In this document: piece after piece, positions 19,319 through 28,572 of the stretch
Position numbering within the stretch: position 1 is the stretch's first letter
Layout of the letters: every line of letters begins with the position of its first letter
Assembly: GCA_965217585.1 (NCBI GenBank)
Contig: OZ244561.1
Location: 928,001-992,000, forward strand
Source: Candidatus Latescibacterota bacterium
GTDB lineage: Bacteria > Latescibacterota > UBA2968 > UBA8231
DNA: 64,000 nucleotides
Reading direction: 5' to 3'
Translations under genes and position numbers: made by a program
The notes under the pieces: generated by a model
Databases searched by the model: none
What the model saw: only the letters and a program-made list of their open reading frames with translations
What the model was told of the DNA's origin: nothing

Positions 19319-20287
19319 CTATCCTTCTATGTCTGACGAGTCGGGTGCACCAAACCTCAACTCGTACCCGGCGGCTTGCTCCGCCTGCCACACCCGCCAG
19401 TAGCCCCGCAGACACCGGGTGAACTCCCGGGGCCGTTCCAAGTAGATGCGCTCGGCCAGCAGACGCGCCCGGTCCTGCATCCCGGAGCGCACCTCGTCGA
19501 TCCGCCTTTCCAAGGCCCGCAGGGTGGCCGTGGCTCCGGCCCTGGGAAACTCGGCCAGAACCGTGATGCGCAATACGGCTAAGTCGTGATCCTGGCCCAA
19601 CAACTCCCCTAGCTGGTCCAGTTCCTCGGCCAGGGCCTGCATAACCGGCGGCCAGACATTATGTAGTATCTGAGTGTGGTACCACAGGTACTTGACCTGC
19701 TTGCGCCAGTCGTGGAATGCCTCGTCGCTGGGCAGCGCGTAGGCTGCGGCAAAGTCGCGCCGGCCCCGCGTGTATATCCGCTGCACCCCCCCCCGGATCC
19801 CCCTCCAACCTTGGCGCTGCATATTCCAATTTTCCAAGCGCTCGCGGGCCGGCGCGAGAGCGGCGATCACTTCCTGAACGGCCCAATCGCTGCTAGCCGC
19901 CTGGCCATAGGCCCGGTCGCGGCGCTCCACCAGCCACGTCCTCACCCGGACGAACCGGCTCTTCGGCACGTCTTTACCTAGAGATTCCACCAAGCGGTCC
20001 AAAGTCTCGACCAGCACCGTGGCGTCGCGCAGCCCCGAAAGCCGCTGGCCGGCGTCCCGATAGCACTGATTTTCCAAGGCGTACACCTCGTCTCCCAGTT
20101 CGCCGCGGACCAAGCGCACCAAGGCCCGCAGGCGCTTGGTGGCCTTGCGGGCCTCGTGAATGTGCTCATCTCGTTTCCCGCCCTGGCACCCGAGGTGCTC
20201 AAGGGCCTTATCGAGTTGTTCGACGGCCATTCGCTGCACCCCCTCGGGTACGCTCTCACCTTGTCTCAGGCGATATTCTGAAGCCAA
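19319..20287 (-). CDS. CHAD domain-containing protein (polyphosphate binding)
   Basis: IHEARKATKRLRA, LRDATVL, FHDWRKQVK, LGQDHDLAVL. Confidence 0.88.
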   Translation of the reverse strand: MASEYRLRQGESVPEGVQRMAVEQLDKALEHLGCQGGKRDEHIHEARKATKRLRALVRLVRGELGDEVYALENQCYRDAGQRLSGLRDATVLVETLDRLVESLGKDVPKSRFVRVRTWLVERRDRAYGQAASSDWAVQEVIAALAPARERLENWNMQRQGWRGIRGGVQRIYTRGRRDFAAAYALPSDEAFHDWRKQVKYLWYHTQILHNVWPPVMQALAEELDQLGELLGQDHDLAVLRITVLAEFPRAGATATLRALERRIDEVRSGMQDRARLLAERIYLERPREFTRCLRGYWRVWQAEQAAGYELRFGAPDSSDIEG

Positions 20288-20441
20288 TTTATTTTTTATC
20301 CGATAGTAGCGTGCTACCCAATTGTTATATAGAAATCCTTGTTATATAATAGAAATTCTATGGCAATTCGGGAACTTTTTGTTCTAGCAAACCGCACTTT
20401 CAGGGCTTGGGGCCTTGGACGCTTATGGGAGGGAAACTGCG

Positions 20442-20825
20442 ATGAGCAAAATGACTAGATTGATGTGCTTATGGGCGATCTTGGGCTGTGGGGTCGCTTG
20501 GGCCCAGCCGGAGGGCTTTATCGAGGGAACCAACGTGTACATGGGCATGGGGGAGCGCAATCCCCGATGCAAATCGACCGCCTTTCTTTTTTGTGGAGGC
20601 GGACGGTGCCACTCCCATTACGGCCTATGACGTGCCGCGCATTCACTCGGCCATTACTCAGACTATCGAACTGGGCTACAAAGGCGTGGTGGCCGATAAG
20701 GTGGTGGTGGCCGCGGATTTGTACCAGTCCAGGATCGAGAATTTCGTCGGGGCGATTTCAGTGGAGACTCCCACGGTCTTCCTCGATCCGCAGAGTCTGG
20801 GTGCGGCCTTGGGCGAGGGGATTGG
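20442..20825 (+). pseudogene. Signal-peptide stub joined out of frame to an internal TonB-receptor-like fragment
   Basis: MSKMTRLMCLWAILGCGVAWAQ in one frame; TIELGYKG...ADLYQSRIENF in another. Confidence 0.5.
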
Positions 20826-21052
20826 TGTTCCAAGCCTTACTCTTGGACTTTGAGCGAGTTTCCTACATCAGCAGCGCAGGCCTTCGGGTTGGCCTGATAA
20901 TGGTTAAGAAATTCAAAGAACCGGGCAAGAAATTTGGCATTTGCTCTCTCTCTGATCCGGTGCGCGAGATTATCGTCGCCAGCGGCTTTGATAAGATCAT
21001 TTCGATTTACGAGTCTCGGGTTGAGGCAATTAGCGAATTCAAGCAGAGTTAA
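20826..21052 (+). pseudogene. 5'-truncated STAS anti-sigma-factor antagonist
   Basis: LLLDFERVSYISSAGLRV...VREIIVASGFDKIISIY; the N-terminal strands and a credible start are missing. Confidence 0.65.
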
Positions 21053-21105
21053 GCAGAACCCTATTCCAACAACCCCTTCACACAAGGAGTAACGAAGATG
21101 AGCGA

Positions 21106-21134
21106 CATCTGCGTTCATCTGCGTTCATCTGCGG
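21106..21134. repeat. REP-like (CATCTGCGTT)n repeat
   Basis: CATCTGCGTT CATCTGCGTT CATCTGCGG; related copy at 38257-38282. Confidence 0.7.
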
Positions 21135-21141
21135 ATACCTA

Positions 21142-21873
21142 TCACAACTTCAGCCTCTTAAAAATGCGCTCGGGGATGCTCTTGACCACGAACATGATCC
21201 AGCGCCAAAAAAACGGCGTGTAGAGCACGTCTTTCTTTTGCCGATAGGCACGCACGATCTCGGCGGCCACTCTCTCCGGCGAAGCGACCAAAAAAAGCCC
21301 CTCTAGCCCCTCGGTCATCGGCGTATCGACGAACCCGGGCTTGACGGTCAAAACGTGTACGGATGTCGCGGCCAGCCGGTTGCGCAGCCCTTGCAAGAAA
21401 ATCGCCAGCCCCCCCTTGGCCGCCCCATACGCGTAGTTGCCCTGGCGGCCCCGATCACCGGCCACGGACGAGATGGCAATGATCCCAGCCGGCGTGCCCT
21501 TTTCCTCCAGATAATTAGCCAAATGCGCCAGAGCGATGGCCGCGCCGGTAAAGTTGGCGTTGAGGATGTGAGCTAGCTCATCCGTATCGCACTGCGCGGC
21601 GCGTTCGTCGCCGAGATAGCCGAAGGCGAGGACGACCAAGTCGAAAGGGCCACCGCGCTCGTGAACCTGTTGCGGCAAGCGCGCCAACGCCGCGAAGTCC
21701 AAGGCGTCAAATTCGAACAGCTCCACCTGGCACGAGTGTTTGAGCCGCAAGTCTGCGACAAAAGGCTCCAACTCGCTACACCCGCGAGCGGCCAGCGCGA
21801 AGTCATAGCCGTCGAGGCGCTCGACGATGGCTTGGGCAATCGCCGACTTCGCCCCCAAAATCAAGGCCCTCAC
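21142..21873 (-). CDS. SDR oxidoreductase, DprE2-like
   Basis: GAKSAIA, SSVAGDRGRQGNYAYGAAKGG, VKPGFVDTPMT; overlaps the stop of the DprE1-like gene. Confidence 0.85.
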   Translation of the reverse strand: MRALILGAKSAIAQAIVERLDGYDFALAARGCSELEPFVADLRLKHSCQVELFEFDALDFAALARLPQQVHERGGPFDLVVLAFGYLGDERAAQCDTDELAHILNANFTGAAIALAHLANYLEEKGTPAGIIAISSVAGDRGRQGNYAYGAAKGGLAIFLQGLRNRLAATSVHVLTVKPGFVDTPMTEGLEGLFLVASPERVAAEIVRAYRQKKDVLYTPFFWRWIMFVVKSIPERIFKRLKL

Positions 21874-23201
21874 GTGATCCCCAAGCGATCGGACAGGCAG
21901 GAGCGGAAGCGGTGCTCGGGGTCGTATTTGCGCTTGACCGCCTTGAATTGTTCCAGTTGCGGATACATGGCGGCGAAATCCTCCCTTTCCAAAATGGCGT
22001 CCTTGGCCAGATAGACGCGGCCTTGGGCCTCGACGATGATTTTGTTCAGTGCGCGCAAGAAGGGGATCGTCCCACAGTCGCGCAAGGGGATGTCCAGCGC
22101 GAGAGTATAACCTGCTATGGGAAAAGAAAGCAGGCCCTCGCTCGGCGGCCCAAACGTCTTGAGCACGGCCAAGGGCGAAGCCACGCCCTGGCGGGCAATG
22201 CGCCCGAGCAGGTCGGCGATCACCTCCGCGCCATCGGCATAGGGCACGGCGATCTGGTATTGCAAAAAGCCCCGGCGGCCGTACAGGCGGTTCCAGCCGC
22301 GGATGGCGTCGAGCGGATAGAAGTACGGATCGTAGTGGACGAGCGAGTCAGTCGCACGGCGCACTTGGCGATGATAGTAGAGCGCGTTAAACACCTTTAG
22401 CGACTTGGCATTGAGCACGCCGCCGGGCAAGAAGAACGGCACGGCCCAGCGGCCCTCGCCGTGGAGCGGAAAGGGCGGCTTGCCCTTGAGATCGCGCGCA
22501 CTGGCGTGTTCCCCCAGCAGCACGCGGCCGCGGCCTAGCTCTCGGCCCGTTTGCAGGCCGTCGATCCACGCGACCGAATAGGTGTACTGATGCTGAGTCT
22601 CCGTGCAAACGCGGCACGTCTCGGCCCAATTCGCCGTCTTAATGGCGCGCTGCCGGATGTAAGCCGATGGCACCTTTTTCAGCCGCAGCGTCGCCGCATA
22701 GATAAATCCCGTCAAGCCCATGCCGCCGAGCGTAGCCCAAAACAGATCGGCGCACTCGTTGCGCGAGCAGCGCACTAGCGAGCCATCGGCCAACACCATG
22801 TCCAGCGATTCGACAAAGGCGGCGATGGAACCCTCGGCATGGTGGTTTTTGCCGTGGACATCCGCGGCAATGCAGCCGCCGAGCGTGGGGAACTTGGTCC
22901 CCGGCGTAACCGGCGGGAAAAAGCCGCGCGGCAGGGCAAAGCGGATGATCTCCGCGAAGGTAATGCCAGCTTGAGCGCGCAAAAGCCCGCGCTGCGGATC
23001 GAAGTCGAGCAGGTGCTTGAGGGGCAGGGTGGAGACGACGCGCTCGTATAGGCAGGCATCGCCGTACGAGCGGCAATTGCCCTGGGGCAAAATCGGGGTC
23101 GCAGCGGCGCGGCAGAGGTCGCTTAGGTAGTGCGCGCGCTGAACCGAGGCGGCGACGAGCGGGTATAGCCCCCAGCCGCTAGTGGCGATTTTTTTGTCCA
23201 A
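21870..23201 (-). CDS. FAD-binding oxidoreductase, DprE1-like
   Basis: RSYGD, PVTPGTKFPTLGGCIAADVHGKNHH, GGMGLTG, FLQYQ, LSFP, RVYLAKD. Confidence 0.87.
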   Translation of the reverse strand: MDKKIATSGWGLYPLVAASVQRAHYLSDLCRAAATPILPQGNCRSYGDACLYERVVSTLPLKHLLDFDPQRGLLRAQAGITFAEIIRFALPRGFFPPVTPGTKFPTLGGCIAADVHGKNHHAEGSIAAFVESLDMVLADGSLVRCSRNECADLFWATLGGMGLTGFIYAATLRLKKVPSAYIRQRAIKTANWAETCRVCTETQHQYTYSVAWIDGLQTGRELGRGRVLLGEHASARDLKGKPPFPLHGEGRWAVPFFLPGGVLNAKSLKVFNALYYHRQVRRATDSLVHYDPYFYPLDAIRGWNRLYGRRGFLQYQIAVPYADGAEVIADLLGRIARQGVASPLAVLKTFGPPSEGLLSFPIAGYTLALDIPLRDCGTIPFLRALNKIIVEAQGRVYLAKDAILEREDFAAMYPQLEQFKAVKRKYDPEHRFRSCLSDRLGIT

Positions 23202-23267
23202 TAGCCGAAGTAGGTTGGGTGATTTTTTAAAAAAATGATGGTACGCAGCGTTCAGGCATTGGTGCTT

Positions 23268-23294
23268 CCTTCGGCTGCGCTCAAGACAGGCTCA
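23268..23294. repeat. REP-like element CCTTCGGCTGCGCTCAAGACAGGCTC
   Basis: Resembles the widespread CTTCGACTxCGCTCAGGACAGG repeat family (reads PVLSAAEG on the minus strand); single copy in this window. Confidence 0.45.
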
Positions 23295-23459
23295 TACCTA
23301 AAGCACCCGTGCGTAACGTCAGTTGCAAAAAAATATAACCTATCTCCCTTAATACACGACAGTAATCCAATGGACGTTACGCATGGGCCTCTAGGTATAA
23401 GATGCTGTTCACGCCAGCTATTCACGCCTAAAGGCGCGGTGAAGTCGGCAGGACCAGGC

Positions 23460-23526
23460 GCATGCAAAAGCGCCCGATGCCGAGGAGACATCGGGCGCTT
23501 TGTAGGGGGCGAAGAACGGGGCCTAC
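23460..23526 (-). repeat. 67-bp structured direct repeat, copy 1 (terminator-like hairpin)
   Basis: AAAGCGCCCGATG-N9-CATCGGGCGCTTT stem; 62/67 identical to 23872-23938. Confidence 0.9.
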
Positions 23527-23555
23527 CCGTCAATCCAGCGGCGTTTGGCTTCGAT

Positions 23556-23777
23556 TCATGGCAGATATTTCATGAGAGCCGTCGCGGCTGTGACCGCAAC
23601 TATTGTGATGTAGAGATTGTGCCTCAACCCTTTGTGTAGCTCTGTGCTGAGGTTAGCTATATCCGCCTTAAGCTCGCCTTTGAGTTCGGCAAGATCGGCC
23701 TTAGTCGCCAGATGCTCATAGACCCCCTCAAGTCTGGCTAAACGTTCTTCAGGAGTCAGGGGGGTGGGGGTGGTCAT
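23556..23777 (-). CDS. Small coiled-coil protein with C-terminal TM helix (DUF1640/CCDC90-like), 73 aa
   Basis: HLATKADLAELKGELKADI motif, hydrophobic tail, AGAGGAG RBS. Confidence 0.75.
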   Translation of the reverse strand: MTTPTPLTPEERLARLEGVYEHLATKADLAELKGELKADIANLSTELHKGLRHNLYITIVAVTAATALMKYLP

Positions 23778-23804
23778 ATAGCGGTTCTCCTCTGGTGTAT
23801 CACG

Positions 23805-23834
23805 AAAGTACTGGACAGCATGGGGAGGTGTCAA
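23805..23834 (-). promoter_or_regulatory. Sigma70-like promoter for the small ORF
   Basis: TTGACA-18bp-TACTTT on the minus strand. Confidence 0.55.
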
Positions 23835-23871
23835 CAGAAACTGGTAAATAGGCAGAACGTTCCTCTCTGTT

Positions 23872-23938
23872 GCATGAAAAAGCGCCCGATGCCGAGGAGA
23901 CATCGGGCGCTTTGCAGGGGTCGAAGGACAGGGCCTAC
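23872..23938 (-). repeat. 67-bp structured direct repeat, copy 2
   Basis: Same hairpin as copy 1, followed by a T-tract on the minus strand. Confidence 0.9.
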
Positions 23939-24245
23939 TTCAGGTAGAGTAGGCGCTTAGTCTGCACCCCACCCGGATAGTGCAGGCGCACCAGATACAT
24001 CCCCGCCGACACCAACGCGCCGCACAATCGGTTGTACTCAGGCGGGGTGCCCTACCCATAGAATCCCTATCCTTAGAGGCCCTAACAAAACGCTCGGCTG
24101 ACTGCCCCACTACCCAAACGCGCCATTCCTCCACCACTGTCGCCGCCAACGGGGCAGGGGCTACCAGCCCCTTGTGGCAGCCCTATACCTTTCCCCGAAA
24201 TTGACCTATCTTCTCTTTAATGTTCAACTCTGAGCGAGTACGACC

Positions 24246-26429
24246 ATGCAGGTAACGCTTGAGCCGCAGACCATAGAGGCCCTTGTACACGGCGAATGCG
24301 CCGATGTGTTCTCAGCCTTGGGCATGCACCCTTTAGACGAGGGGTGGGTCGTGCGCGCGTTCTTGCCCGATGCGACGAGCGTGCGGGTCGTGGAGCGCGG
24401 AGGGCAAGGCGCGAGCTTTCCAGCCGTCAAAATCCATGCTGACGGGCTGTTCGAGGCGAGAATCGCCGGCCGCAGCAAGCCCTTTACCTACCATCTAGAA
24501 GTGACAAACGCGCAGGGCGCAGTTCGCTACTGCCGCGACCCGTATTCGTTCTGGCCGCAGTTCGCGCCCCAAGATCAATACCTCTTCAACGAAGGAACGC
24601 ACTACCGCGCCTACGACCTGCTGGGGGCGCATCCGCGCTGCATCGACGGGACCGAGGGCACGTATTTCGCGGTGTGGGCACCAAGTGCCCGCAGGGTCAG
24701 CGTGGTCGGCGATTTCAACAACTGGGACGGTCGGTGGCACTGCATGCGCCCGCTGGGTGCATCCGGAGTCTGGGAACTGTTCGCTCCCGAGGTAGGCGCG
24801 GGCGCGCTCTACAAGTACGAAATCCTCAGCCGCCAAGGAACCATCCTGCTCAAGAGCGATCCCTTTGCCTTTGCGACTGAAAAACCGCCCTGCACCGCTT
24901 CCGCAGTCTGCCAGAGCACTGCGTTCACCTGGGGCGACGACGCTTGGATGGCCGAGCGCCGAGCGCGCAACTGGCAGGAAGCTCCCCTCGCCATCTACGA
25001 GGTGCATCTCGGCTCGTGGCGCCGCGATGGCGATACCTATCTCGACTATCGCACGCTGGCTCACCAATTGGTCGCCCACGTGGCCGAGCTAGGCTTTACC
25101 CACATCGAGCTAATGCCAGTGGCCGAGCATCCTTTCGACGGCTCGTGGGGGTATCAAGGAACTGGGTATTTCGCCCCGAGCGCGCGCTTTGGCACCCCTG
25201 AGGACTTTGCTTATTTCATCGACTATTGCCACCGCCACGCAATCGGCGTGATTCTCGACTGGGTGCCCGCACACTTCCCCAGCGACGCCCACGGCTTGGC
25301 TCAGTTTGACGGCACCAGCCTCTACGAGCACCGCGACCCGCGCCAAGGACGGCATCCCGATTGGCAGACCTGCATATTCAACTATGGCCGCGCCGAAGTC
25401 CGCTCCTTTCTCATTTCTAACGCCCTTTTTTGGCTCGAACGCTTTCACATCGACGGCCTGCGGGTCGATGCAGTGGCCTCCATGCTCTACCTCGACTACT
25501 CGCGCTTAGAAGGCGAATGGGTGCCCAACGCCTATGGCGGACGCGAAAACCTCGAAGCCATCGACTTCCTCAGACAACTCAACACGGCCATCGGCGAGCG
25601 CTGTCCCGGCGCCTTGATGATCGCCGAGGAATCGACTGCTTGGCCGGAGGTTTCCCGGCCAGTCGACGCCGGTGGCCTCGGCTTTGGCTTCAAATGGAAC
25701 ATGGGCTGGATGAACGACGTGTTGCGCTATATGCAGCGCGATCCGCTCCACCGCTGCCACCACCAAGCCGACCTGACCTTTGGCATGCTCTACGCCTATA
25801 GCGAAAACTTCGTGTTGCCGCTGTCGCACGACGAGGTTGTACACGGCAAGCGCTCGCTCTTGAGCAAGATGCCCGGCGACGCCTGGCAGCAACTGGCCAA
25901 TTTGCGCTTGCTCTACGGCTTTATGTACGGGCACCCGGGCAAGAAGCTGCTCTTTATGGGGGCCGAGCTGGCACAGTGGGAAGAGTGGAACCACCAAGGC
26001 GAGCTGCACTGGCACCTACTCGACGACGAGCCCCACCGCGGCGTCTATCGCTGGCTCTGCGATCTCAACCAACTCTATCGCCGCTGCGCGGCCCTACACC
26101 GCACCGACGCGCACCCCGATGGTTTTGAGTGGATCGACTGCTCGGATTCTGCACAGAGCATTGCGGCTTTTGCACGCTGCGCCGAGGGCGAAAAACCCCT
26201 GATCTTCGCCTGCAATTTTACCCCAGTCCCCCGAGTGGACTACCGGCTCGGGCTGCCGGCCGCCGGACCGTACCGCGAGGTGCTCAACAGCGACGCCGAA
26301 ATCTACGGCGGCAGCGGCGTGGGCCACCGCGGCTGGGTGCAAACCGAGCAAGTCGCCTGCCACGGCCGGCCGCATTCGGCGCGATTGCACCTGCCACCGC
26401 TGGGTGTGTTGGTTCTAGAGCCGAAGTAG
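24246..26429 (+). CDS. glgB: 1,4-alpha-glucan branching enzyme
   Basis: IYEVHLGSW, SWGYQ, LDWVPAHFP, GLRVDAVASMLY, IAEEST, LSHDEVVHGK. Confidence 0.96.
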   Translation: MQVTLEPQTIEALVHGECADVFSALGMHPLDEGWVVRAFLPDATSVRVVERGGQGASFPAVKIHADGLFEARIAGRSKPFTYHLEVTNAQGAVRYCRDPYSFWPQFAPQDQYLFNEGTHYRAYDLLGAHPRCIDGTEGTYFAVWAPSARRVSVVGDFNNWDGRWHCMRPLGASGVWELFAPEVGAGALYKYEILSRQGTILLKSDPFAFATEKPPCTASAVCQSTAFTWGDDAWMAERRARNWQEAPLAIYEVHLGSWRRDGDTYLDYRTLAHQLVAHVAELGFTHIELMPVAEHPFDGSWGYQGTGYFAPSARFGTPEDFAYFIDYCHRHAIGVILDWVPAHFPSDAHGLAQFDGTSLYEHRDPRQGRHPDWQTCIFNYGRAEVRSFLISNALFWLERFHIDGLRVDAVASMLYLDYSRLEGEWVPNAYGGRENLEAIDFLRQLNTAIGERCPGALMIAEESTAWPEVSRPVDAGGLGFGFKWNMGWMNDVLRYMQRDPLHRCHHQADLTFGMLYAYSENFVLPLSHDEVVHGKRSLLSKMPGDAWQQLANLRLLYGFMYGHPGKKLLFMGAELAQWEEWNHQGELHWHLLDDEPHRGVYRWLCDLNQLYRRCAALHRTDAHPDGFEWIDCSDSAQSIAAFARCAEGEKPLIFACNFTPVPRVDYRLGLPAAGPYREVLNSDAEIYGGSGVGHRGWVQTEQVACHGRPHSARLHLPPLGVLVLEPK

Positions 26430-26460
26430 AGCGCATGCTAATTTGCCAGAGCCACCCCCA

Positions 26461-27306
26461 ATGCTTGAGATAATTTCACACGTCACCAGTGAACTGCGGC
26501 GGCTCGGCAAACAGCGCCTCGCGCTGATCGGCGGCGGGGTCTTGGCAGGCGCGTCTATCGTCGCGGTGCTGGCACCGCTGTTGGCACCATACGATCCACT
26601 GGCGCAAAACCTCTATGCGCGCTTGCAGCCGCCGTCGGTGAGCCATTGGCTGGGAACGGACGATTTCGGCCGCGACATCTTCAGCCGCATCGTGTACGGC
26701 GCTCGCATCTCATTGCGGATCGGGCTGGTCGCCATCTCGCTGGCCGCTTCCACCGGCACCTTGCTCGGCCTCGTGGCTGGGTATCGCGGCGGGATCGCCG
26801 ACATGCTCATCATGCGGCTGATGGACCTGATGTTGGCGTTCCCCAGCATCCTATTGGCCATTGCCATCGTCGCCGTCATTGGGCCGGGCATCGACAATGC
26901 CATTCTCGCCGTCAGCATCGTGTTGGTGCCGCAATTTGCCCGCCTCATGCGCTCCTCGGTGTTGACCGTGCGCGAAGCCACGTACGTCGAGGCTGCGCGC
27001 GCGCTGGGGGCGAGCGAATCGCGGCTGCTGTTCTACAGCATCTTACCCAATTGCACAGTCCCGCTCGTCGTGCAAGCCACGCTCAGCTTGGGTACGGCCA
27101 TCCTCGACGCGGCCGGGTTGAGCTTTTTGGGCTTGGGGGCCCAGCCGCCGACCCCCGAGTGGGGGGCCATGCTGTCCGGGGGGCGCGAATTGCTCTTGCA
27201 AGCGCCCTGGGTCATGGCCTTTCCCGGGCTGGCCATCTTCGCGGTCGTCTTGGCGCTCAACCTCTTTGGCGACGGGCTTAGAGACGCCTTGGATCCGAAG
27301 ATTTAG
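26461..27306 (+). CDS. dppC: Peptide/nickel ABC transporter permease, DppC-like
   Basis: HWLGTDDFGRDIFSR, EAARALGAS, AGLSFLGLG, EWGAML, GDGLRDALDP; start 26443 or 26461. Confidence 0.9.
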   Translation: MLEIISHVTSELRRLGKQRLALIGGGVLAGASIVAVLAPLLAPYDPLAQNLYARLQPPSVSHWLGTDDFGRDIFSRIVYGARISLRIGLVAISLAASTGTLLGLVAGYRGGIADMLIMRLMDLMLAFPSILLAIAIVAVIGPGIDNAILAVSIVLVPQFARLMRSSVLTVREATYVEAARALGASESRLLFYSILPNCTVPLVVQATLSLGTAILDAAGLSFLGLGAQPPTPEWGAMLSGGRELLLQAPWVMAFPGLAIFAVVLALNLFGDGLRDALDPKI

Positions 27307-27330
27307 ACTCCCCACCAACGGAGACCGCAG

Positions 27331-28572
27331 ATGAACTCAATTCCTGCACAACCCACTGCCTCGGCACGCATTGAATACCTGAAGGTGCAGAACTTCCGTG
27401 CCCTGCGAAATGTCGAGTTCAAAAACCTGACACCGCTAACGGTTCTGCTCGGCCCCAACGGCAGCGGCAAGTCAACGGTATTCGACGTGTTCGCCTTTCT
27501 GGCGGAATGCTTCGAGTTGGGGCTGCGCCGCGCCTGGGATAAGCGGGGGCGGGGCAAAGAGCTTACGTCCAGAGGAGCAGAGGGGCCGGTGATAATTGAG
27601 ATCAAGTATCGCGAGAAGCCAAGACAGCCGCTCATCACCTACCACTTGGCCGTCGAAGAACACAACCGCACCCCAGTGGTCGTGGAAGAATGGCTGCAAT
27701 GGCGGCGAGGACAACAACGCGGAAAGCCGTTTCGATTCCTTCAATATGAGCGAGGCCTAGGTCGGGCGGTCAGCGGCGACCAACCAGACGAACGGGACAG
27801 GCGGATAGAAATCCCCCTCAATGCACCCGACCTGCTGGCAGTCAATGCGCTGGGACAATTCGCCGATCATCCGCGCGTGGCGGCACTGCGCCAGTTCATT
27901 ACCGGCTGGCATGTTTCGTACCTCTCGGCAGACAGCACGCGCAGCCAGCCCGAAGCCGGGCCGCAAGAGCAGTTGAGCAAAACGGGCGACAACCTCGCCA
28001 ACGTTATCCAATACTTGGCCGAGCAGTACCCAGAGCGGCTTGAGCAGATCTTCAAGGTGCTGCGCCGACGCGTACCGCGCATTGAGAAGGTTCTGGCCGA
28101 TACCATGCCCGACGGCCGCCTGCTATTGCAAATCAAGGACGCTCCGTTTATCCATCCGGTGCTAGCGCGTTTCGCCTCCGACGGTACTCTCAAAATGTTG
28201 GCCTATCTCGTGCTCCTCCACGATCCGGCTCCACCGCCTTTTATAGGCATTGAGGAACCGGAAAACTTTCTCCATCCCCGACTGCTTTGGGAACTGGCCG
28301 AGGAGTGCCGTGCTGCCGGTGAACGCACCCAACTACTGGTCACCACCCATTCGCCGTTTTTCCTCAATGCCTTGCAGCCTAAAGAGGTCCGCGTCCTCTG
28401 GCGCGATGAGAAAGGCTACGCACAAACGCAATGCGTCGCGGATATAGAGGAAGTACGAGCGTTCATGGATCAAGGAGCACGGCTCGGCCACCTATGGATG
28501 GAGGGCTACTTCAACGTGGGTGACCCACTGGTCAACCAAGGTGGGGCCGCTGGACCATGTCAGAAGGGATGA
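27331..28572 (+). CDS. AAA_21/AAA_15-type ABC ATPase
   Basis: VQNFRAL, Walker [10 protein letters not shown], signature SDGT, Walker [16 protein letters not shown]. Confidence 0.9.
   Translation: MNSIPAQPTASARIEYLKVQNFRALRNVEFKNLTPLTVLLGPNGSGKSTVFDVFAFLAECFELGLRRAWDKRGRGKELTSRGAEGPVIIEIKYREKPRQPLITYHLAVEEHNRTPVVVEEWLQWRRGQQRGKPFRFLQYERGLGRAVSGDQPDERDRRIEIPLNAPDLLAVNALGQFADHPRVAALRQFITGWHVSYLSADSTRSQPEAGPQEQLSKTGDNLANVIQYLAEQYPERLEQIFKVLRRRVPRIEKVLADTMPDGRLLLQIKDAPFIHPVLARFASDGTLKMLAYLVLLHDPAPPPFIGIEEPENFLHPRLLWELAEECRAAGERTQLLVTTHSPFFLNALQPKEVRVLWRDEKGYAQTQCVADIEEVRAFMDQGARLGHLWMEGYFNVGDPLVNQGGAAGPCQKG

Noticed and set aside
23310-23938. Integron cassette array
   Set aside because: No intI, and the 67-bp repeats lack RYYYAAC/GTTRRRY ends
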